From Euryarchaeota archaeon UBA557 (GTDB taxonomy: Archaea > Thermoplasmatota > Poseidoniia > Poseidoniales > Thalassarchaeaceae): DNA of 64,000 nt. The notes under the pieces are model-generated. The model made no database searches and was not told the origin of the DNA. It worked only from the letters and a program-made list of their open reading frames with translations. Shown one piece after another: positions 58,114-64,000 of this stretch (the first letter of the stretch is position 1; each line of letters opens with the position of its first letter). Location of the stretch: NCBI GenBank assembly GCA_002503285.1, contig DARI01000008.1, forward strand, positions 1,581 to 65,580, written 5' to 3'. The position numbers and the translations under genes were made by a program.

Positions 58114-59886
58114 CTAATTGCCTATTTCTAATTCACCTGTTTGAACCTTCCATAACCTTGAGTATAGTCCATTATTCATTAACAGGGAATCGTGAGTTCC
58201 AGATTCAGATACTTGGCCCCCTTCTATTACTGCAATTATATCTGCATTTCTAACAGTAGATAGTCTATGGGCGATAATCAAAGTTGTCTTATTTTCAGAT
58301 ATTTTCTCAATGGACCTTTGTAATGCCGCCTCTGTTTCATTGTCCACATTGCTAGTGGCCTCATCTAGAATTAAAATTGGAGCATTCTTTAATACTGCTC
58401 TAGCAATAGCAAGTCGTTGCCTTTGCCCTCCAGAAAGTTTATGTCCATCTTCACCAATATTGGTGTCCCACTTATTTGGTAATTCTTCTATAAAGGCTAA
58501 TGCCTCGCCAATTTTGGCTGCATTGATAATTTCATCTTGGCTAGCATCTGGGTTGCCATACAAAATATTTTCACGGACGGAACCTGGAAATAAAGTAGTA
58601 TTTTGACTAACTAAGCCAATAGATTTACGTAAAGAATTTAGAGTTAAATTACGAACATCAAATCCATCTATAGATATTTTTCCATTTGATGAATCATGAA
58701 AACGCAATAATAATCTAATCAATGTTGTTTTACCAGAACCGGTAGCACCTACAAGGCCTACTGTTGAGCCTGAAGGAATAGATAAGTTAAGATTCTTCAA
58801 TACCTCTTCTCTATTAGAATATGCAAAGTTAATATTTTTAAAATTAATATCCCCTTGAATAGATTCTAATGAGTGATTTCCCTCAACAATCCCTACTTTA
58901 GTATCAAGTAAATCAAGTACACGTGTTGTTGAAGCCATAGCCCTTTGGTAAAGATCAAAAGTTTGACCCAATCTAGTTAATGGCCATAATAGACGTTGAG
59001 TGATGAATACAATTACCGAATAAGCTCCAAGGCTTAATTCCCCCTCCAGCGCAAGCCAACCACCGACCAGCATATTTGCAGTAAATGCAAATAGGATAGC
59101 CATTCTAATTAAAGGAACAAAGGATGCCGAAAGCTTGATTGCATCTCTATTAGCATCTCTATATGATGCAGATGCCATTTCAACTCGTTTAATTTCCCTG
59201 TTCTCTGCAGTAAATGATTTTATAGTTGTAATACCTTGTAAATTATTATTTAATGTTGAATTCAAATCACTCACTTCTTTTCGAACATTGGAGTACCTTA
59301 CTCCTATTTTTCTTTGAAAGAGGAAAGATCCTCCGACGATTACGGGTACAGGCAAAATAGCCCATATTGCAACTTCTGGGGCTAAAAATAGCATTATTCC
59401 TCCAACTACAAAAACCGTAGTGGCAACTTGAAAAAGATCATTAGCACCTTGATCCAAAAATCTTTCTAACTGGTTAACATCATCATTCATTACTGACATC
59501 AATCCTCCAGTTGTCTGTTCTGAGAACCATTGCATCTCCAAATCTTGAATATGTGAATATGCATCCATCCTTAGATCATGTTGTGCAGTTTGAGCAAGAT
59601 TTCGCCAAAGGACATCATATAGATATTGAAAAATAGATTCCAAAATCCATATGATGGCAGTAGCAGCAGTTAGTAGCAGAAATTGATCTTTTGGGTCTGG
59701 GTACCAAGTTGCCAAATAAGACTCTTCCTTTAGTGCAACAACATCGATTGCCATCCCAATCAATAAAGGAGGAGCAAGGTCCCATATTTTATTTAAAATT
59801 GAGCAAATAGAGGCGAGTATTACGGTTGACCTATGCCGCCTGAGGTGAGATAGAAGGCGAATCAATGGGTGCCTAGACTCTGCCAT
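58114..59886 (-). CDS. ABC transporter, fused permease and ATPase (MdlB/MsbA-like exporter fold)
   Basis: Six-TM domain plus GATGSGKT, LSGGQRQR, ILDEATS and IAHRLST. Confidence 0.95.
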   Translation of the reverse strand: MAESRHPLIRLLSHLRRHRSTVILASICSILNKIWDLAPPLLIGMAIDVVALKEESYLATWYPDPKDQFLLLTAATAIIWILESIFQYLYDVLWRNLAQTAQHDLRMDAYSHIQDLEMQWFSEQTTGGLMSVMNDDVNQLERFLDQGANDLFQVATTVFVVGGIMLFLAPEVAIWAILPVPVIVGGSFLFQRKIGVRYSNVRKEVSDLNSTLNNNLQGITTIKSFTAENREIKRVEMASASYRDANRDAIKLSASFVPLIRMAILFAFTANMLVGGWLALEGELSLGAYSVIVFITQRLLWPLTRLGQTFDLYQRAMASTTRVLDLLDTKVGIVEGNHSLESIQGDINFKNINFAYSNREEVLKNLNLSIPSGSTVGLVGATGSGKTTLIRLLLRFHDSSNGKISIDGFDVRNLTLNSLRKSIGLVSQNTTLFPGSVRENILYGNPDASQDEIINAAKIGEALAFIEELPNKWDTNIGEDGHKLSGGQRQRLAIARAVLKNAPILILDEATSNVDNETEAALQRSIEKISENKTTLIIAHRLSTVRNADIIAVIEGGQVSESGTHDSLLMNNGLYSRLWKVQTGELEIGN

Positions 59887-60008
59887 AGATGTCGCTAATT
59901 ACAATGTTTTTTAATATAATCATATATTAATACCTTAAAGAGATAAAAATGGAACATCGGGCCACATTAGTATAATTGATTTAAGATAATATTTAATTGT
60001 TAATGAAC

Positions 60009-61496
60009 TCATGTTTGCCATTCGACGAATTCCTCCACAGGCAGAGAATATTCATCTGAATTTGGCCAATTTAACAATCCAGCAAGAAAAATTATAGCTG
60101 ATTGATTTGCAAATTTTGTAGAAATTTCAATATCCAGTAAACCTTCACAACCATACGCCTCACATCCTATTGGTGCAAATGCATAATGTCCAGAATTATT
60201 CAATATTGCATAATAGATTAAACTGTTACCAAGTGAAAAAGCAGTATTATTTACTTCAGTTATTGTAGTAGTATCATCCAAATTACCTGATAAAATCATA
60301 GTAGGTACTCCAACTTTTGAAATTCCTTGATCGAGTATCGAACCATTCCAAGGAGATAATAATAAAGCCCCCCATATTCTATCATCTTTGAACTGACTTA
60401 TTCCATTATTAGAATAATTATTTTCCAAATTATCTTTGATTTTACAAATTACTAATTCTTCTTGGTTACATCTATCTTCAAGATCCGAAGTTAATATCTC
60501 AGCACCAGACAATAACATTGAATTGTACCCTCCCGTTGATTGACCTATCATTGCATATCCTTCATTTGGAGATATACAATTTTCAAACGGACCGGAAATA
60601 CCATTTTGCCTTATTAACCAGTCAAATGAATCTTTAATATCCGAAGGCATTGAAAGAATGGCTTGGTGGAAATAATCTATGTTTATGTCCCATATAGTCA
60701 TATGTGGATGATCAGGGGCAACGGAAATAAATCCATGACTTGCCAAATGGGACATTAAGAAAGATGATCCCCATCTAATACTTGGAAATCCATGACTATA
60801 CATTGCAACTGGCCTTAATTCTGAACAATCAGGTAAAGCATCTTCCAATCCAGAGTCGCCGAAAGTAGAATCATAGACTACATTATCTCCTGTGATATCA
60901 TTTGTTGGATACCAAACCTGTATAGTGATTTCGTGACCTCTTGGAGACATGTAAGACAGTTCCATTGAGCCGACATTGAATGGCCCTTCTGAGTTTAGAG
61001 ACGTGAACGGAGTAAGGGCGAACTGATCGGTAATATCTAGGATACCATCATTATCATCGTCGTCGTCAAGGTTATCTCCTATATTGTCGCCATCATTATC
61101 TGACCATTCTAAACCATAATTAGGAAAAGCATCAATATTATCCCCATAACCATCGCCATCAGAATCATGTGATTCACTCCTGTCATTTGGAAATACATCT
61201 TCATTATCGCCATATCCATCATTATCTGAATCTTTAGATTCATCTGAATTAAAAGGGAATATATCTAATTCATCTAAAACACCATCTGAATCATCATCTT
61301 GATCGCATGCATCGCCTTGGCCATCGCCATCAAAATCTTCCTGGCTTGGATTAGATTCCTGTATACAATTATCAATATCATCAAATAATCCATCTCCATC
61401 GGTATCATTTGAAGTCAGGCATCCAGATATTAAAGCAGTCAATATCATAATAAACAAAAAGATATGCATTGTATTTGAACAAGATAATTTCAACAT
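60009..61496 (-). CDS. Lipoprotein-like alpha/beta hydrolase (esterase/lipase-like) with N-terminal thrombospondin type-3-like repeats
   Basis: Lipobox-like LISGC; D.DGDG.GD..D repeats; SHG oxyanion loop, GQSTGG nucleophile elbow, candidate Asp (LDD) and His (GHYAF). Confidence 0.8.
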   Translation of the reverse strand: MLKLSCSNTMHIFLFIMILTALISGCLTSNDTDGDGLFDDIDNCIQESNPSQEDFDGDGQGDACDQDDDSDGVLDELDIFPFNSDESKDSDNDGYGDNEDVFPNDRSESHDSDGDGYGDNIDAFPNYGLEWSDNDGDNIGDNLDDDDDNDGILDITDQFALTPFTSLNSEGPFNVGSMELSYMSPRGHEITIQVWYPTNDITGDNVVYDSTFGDSGLEDALPDCSELRPVAMYSHGFPSIRWGSSFLMSHLASHGFISVAPDHPHMTIWDINIDYFHQAILSMPSDIKDSFDWLIRQNGISGPFENCISPNEGYAMIGQSTGGYNSMLLSGAEILTSDLEDRCNQEELVICKIKDNLENNYSNNGISQFKDDRIWGALLLSPWNGSILDQGISKVGVPTMILSGNLDDTTTITEVNNTAFSLGNSLIYYAILNNSGHYAFAPIGCEAYGCEGLLDIEISTKFANQSAIIFLAGLLNWPNSDEYSLPVEEFVEWQT

Positions 61497-61541
61497 CTAA
61501 TCTCTCCTCATGGAATGCGATAAATAAAGTTGTACTATCAT

Positions 61542-62603
61542 TTAAAACACCATATCAGTCCAAGTTTCTGCCCACAAATCATAGATTGCTATACTTAAAT
61601 TACCAGTAGAATTAGTTCTTACGGTGTATATGTCTCCATTTGATACTAGGTTTTCTCCAAGATAGTCGACCCAATTAAATTCCCACCAAGAACCATCATC
61701 TATAGTAAAATTTGCAGCCTTTAAGTCTAATCTCATTGAAATTATTGAAGTTGCGTTACTTCCATTTACAGTTAAACCATGTATTTCTAGTTCATCTGGA
61801 TTGATGTCAATAGAGAGTGTATCTGAAATTATTCCGGACCAATAAGTAAGATTATCGTCATTCACAATAGGGTCTGGATTGAGAATAAATGGTGCGGGCG
61901 CCCTAATAAAACCATTATTTATAGATATAGAAACATTTTCAGTAGATACTTTAAGGATAAAATTATCAGTATCTGAGTATGTTTCAATTGCGACTATAAC
62001 TGGGGGGATGCCACGAGTTTCTACATATATGGAGTGAGTTTGATTAATTGCAGTTGCAACTAATTGGTTTGATGTGAGATCAACGGATATAGTCCAGTCC
62101 AAGTTAGATATATCATTAGTATTAAATGCAAATGGAGGCCAAAATCCATCCGGATTCTCTGCAGCAGATTTTGCTAATTTAATAAAAGGATTGGAATAAC
62201 CTGTTATTTGATCTCTGCCTTCATACCATTCATTGCCGACTCTGTAATTATTAGTCTCATTACCTTCAATGTACTCATTATCTATTATAATTGATTCACC
62301 CAATACTAATCTAGATGAAATAGAACTCAAACCTGATTCTTCGTCTTTAGCCACATTCCAATATATTTCACCTCTTTGACTTTGTTGTTCGGATACCAAA
62401 TATGCCTCTACACGGAGTTGCGGATATAACTGTGAATAAGAAATAATATCGAATGCATTTTCTTGAGATAATAGATTTGAAAATGATTCTACTGAGAAGT
62501 CAAAGCAGTTTTCATCCTCGCATATATCAGAAATAGGCACAGTTAAACAGCCTGAAGTAAACGATAAAATAGTTATTATCGTCATGGAATATGCTGCCCT
62601 CAT
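61542..62603 (-). CDS. Hypothetical lipoprotein-like secreted protein
   Basis: Signal peptide with FTSGC; acidic, beta-rich body. Confidence 0.6.
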   Translation of the reverse strand: MRAAYSMTIITILSFTSGCLTVPISDICEDENCFDFSVESFSNLLSQENAFDIISYSQLYPQLRVEAYLVSEQQSQRGEIYWNVAKDEESGLSSISSRLVLGESIIIDNEYIEGNETNNYRVGNEWYEGRDQITGYSNPFIKLAKSAAENPDGFWPPFAFNTNDISNLDWTISVDLTSNQLVATAINQTHSIYVETRGIPPVIVAIETYSDTDNFILKVSTENVSISINNGFIRAPAPFILNPDPIVNDDNLTYWSGIISDTLSIDINPDELEIHGLTVNGSNATSIISMRLDLKAANFTIDDGSWWEFNWVDYLGENLVSNGDIYTVRTNSTGNLSIAIYDLWAETWTDMVF

Positions 62604-62725
62604 ACATTATCCTAAAGAGACGTTATTGATGAGTGTATTCAATAAATTAGTTTTCAAACGATTATATTTTGTGCGTTGTGGCTATATGTGATTGCTGATT
62701 GGAGAGGGTTAAGGAGTGTATTGGG

Positions 62726-63616
62726 ATGCCATTTAACATCTTAGTAGTCTATAAAAAAAACTTTGAAGACATTCATGATAAAGCCCTTGAAGACATTAGG
62801 GCAGTATTGGATAATTTAGTTTCGAAAAGAGACATAAGAGTAGACTATACAGTAAGGGAAACCGTTCGTAGATCTGATTTCATAGGTAGAAACTTGGCGA
62901 TAATATTAGGAGGTGATGGGACATTGACATCAATAGTCCATTCCATTGATTCTGAAACTCCAGTAATGGGAGTTAATAGCCACCCTAGGGAAATCAGTAG
63001 TGACGGTTCTTATGGATTTTATATGGGGAGTGAGCCTAAGTTCTTTGCAGATGACATACTTAAAGCAATAGAGGGAAAAGGAATTATTAACTCACTTCCA
63101 AGGCTTCAAGCTAAAATTGAGACACCTAGTGGCAAGATTCTAGTTTCTGATCCTGCACTAAATGATTTATTAGTAGCGAATACGCATCAATATCAACCAT
63201 CAAAATATAGAATAGAAAGATTTGCAGATGCAACCAATGACAGCATCGATACAGTCCAAAGATCTTCTGGCTGTTTATTTTCTACATTCTTAGGCCAAGG
63301 TGCTTGGTTCAGGCATGTTGCAAATATTGAAGGTGCGAGATTTCCAATTGATGAAGTTGGAGAGCGTTATCTATTTGTCTCAAGAGATCTTCCAAGGAGT
63401 GAGCGTTTGGAAGATGGATCTTATTGGTCATGGACAGACAAGAAAACTGTATTGACAAGTGACATGCATAGAGGATATGTAGTCAGTGATGGATGGGAAG
63501 AAACTCATTTTGCAAGAGGTTCCATAATTACAGTAAGTATGGATGGACCTAAATTAAAATTACTAACTTTTAGGAGCACCATGCACGATAGAGTCGCACA
63601 TTGGATAGAATCATGA
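62726..63616 (+). CDS. NAD(H) kinase family protein
   Basis: Motifs LGGDGT, PVMGVNS.P, ALND, RSSG; ATG 62726 after SD AAGGAG. Confidence 0.85.
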   Translation: MPFNILVVYKKNFEDIHDKALEDIRAVLDNLVSKRDIRVDYTVRETVRRSDFIGRNLAIILGGDGTLTSIVHSIDSETPVMGVNSHPREISSDGSYGFYMGSEPKFFADDILKAIEGKGIINSLPRLQAKIETPSGKILVSDPALNDLLVANTHQYQPSKYRIERFADATNDSIDTVQRSSGCLFSTFLGQGAWFRHVANIEGARFPIDEVGERYLFVSRDLPRSERLEDGSYWSWTDKKTVLTSDMHRGYVVSDGWEETHFARGSIITVSMDGPKLKLLTFRSTMHDRVAHWIES

Positions 63617-63621
63617 ATATC

Positions 63622-64000
63622 TCAAAGTATTTGTTCGAGGAATAATTTTGTCCTATCATGTTGAGGATTATCAAAGAAAACATCTGGCGTATTTTCTTCA
63701 ATTAGTAGACCTTCGTCGAATAATATGACACGGTCTGCAACTTCTTTGGCGAATCCCATCTCATGAGTAACTACAATCATCGTAATATCCCTTTTTGCCA
63801 AGTCTATCATGACATCTAGGACTTCTTTTATCATTTCAGGATCAAGGGCAGATGTTGGCTCATCGAATAGCATAATCTTGGGATCCATTGCTAATGCTCT
63901 CGCAATAGCAACACGCTGTTGTTGACCTCCAGATAATCCGCTAGGATATTTGTAGGCTTGTTCAGGTATTCCGACTCTCTCCAAAAGTGTTAGGGCTTTC
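63622..64000 (-). CDS. Polar amino acid ABC transporter ATP-binding subunit (GlnQ/AapP-like), C-terminal part
   Basis: Motifs [40 protein letters not shown]; the frame stays open to the window end. Confidence 0.93.
   Translation of the reverse strand, partial: KALTLLERVGIPEQAYKYPSGLSGGQQQRVAIARALAMDPKIMLFDEPTSALDPEMIKEVLDVMIDLAKRDITMIVVTHEMGFAKEVADRVILFDEGLLIEENTPDVFFDNPQHDRTKLFLEQIL

Overview
AT-rich, gene-dense archaeal chromosome segment. Archaeal informational and lipid genes (aRF1, aIF2-beta, class I LysRS, Trm56, CarS, Nog1-type GTPase, XPD helicase, GfcR-like regulator, DUF2116) sit beside bacterial-type catabolic and cofactor genes (lipA-bkdA1A2B-lpdA-lipB, folB/folM/folP/phhB, NADP-GdhA, ArgRS, thiolase) and large Ca-binding surface proteins. 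This mix suggests a marine heterotrophic Thermoplasmatota archaeon, probably Marine Group II / Ca. Poseidoniales (inference, no database search). I list 49 CDS (2 truncated by the window edges, 1 microprotein missing from the ORF track) and one tRNA-Leu(UAA). I saw no rRNA, CRISPR array, integrase or transposase. Most notable: (1) a 2980-aa membrane-anchored protein whose transglutaminase-like domain lacks the catalytic His, paired with a 980-aa Ig-like membrane protein; (2) a SAP-TM-M28 peptidase fusion; (3) a tandem-RHH regulator with 11-bp-phased upstream repeats; (4) a co-oriented lipase/ABC/thioesterase/NfeD-flotillin/thiolase run; (5) RBS-proximal leader hairpins and apparently shared divergent TATA elements. 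All product calls come from motif recognition by eye.
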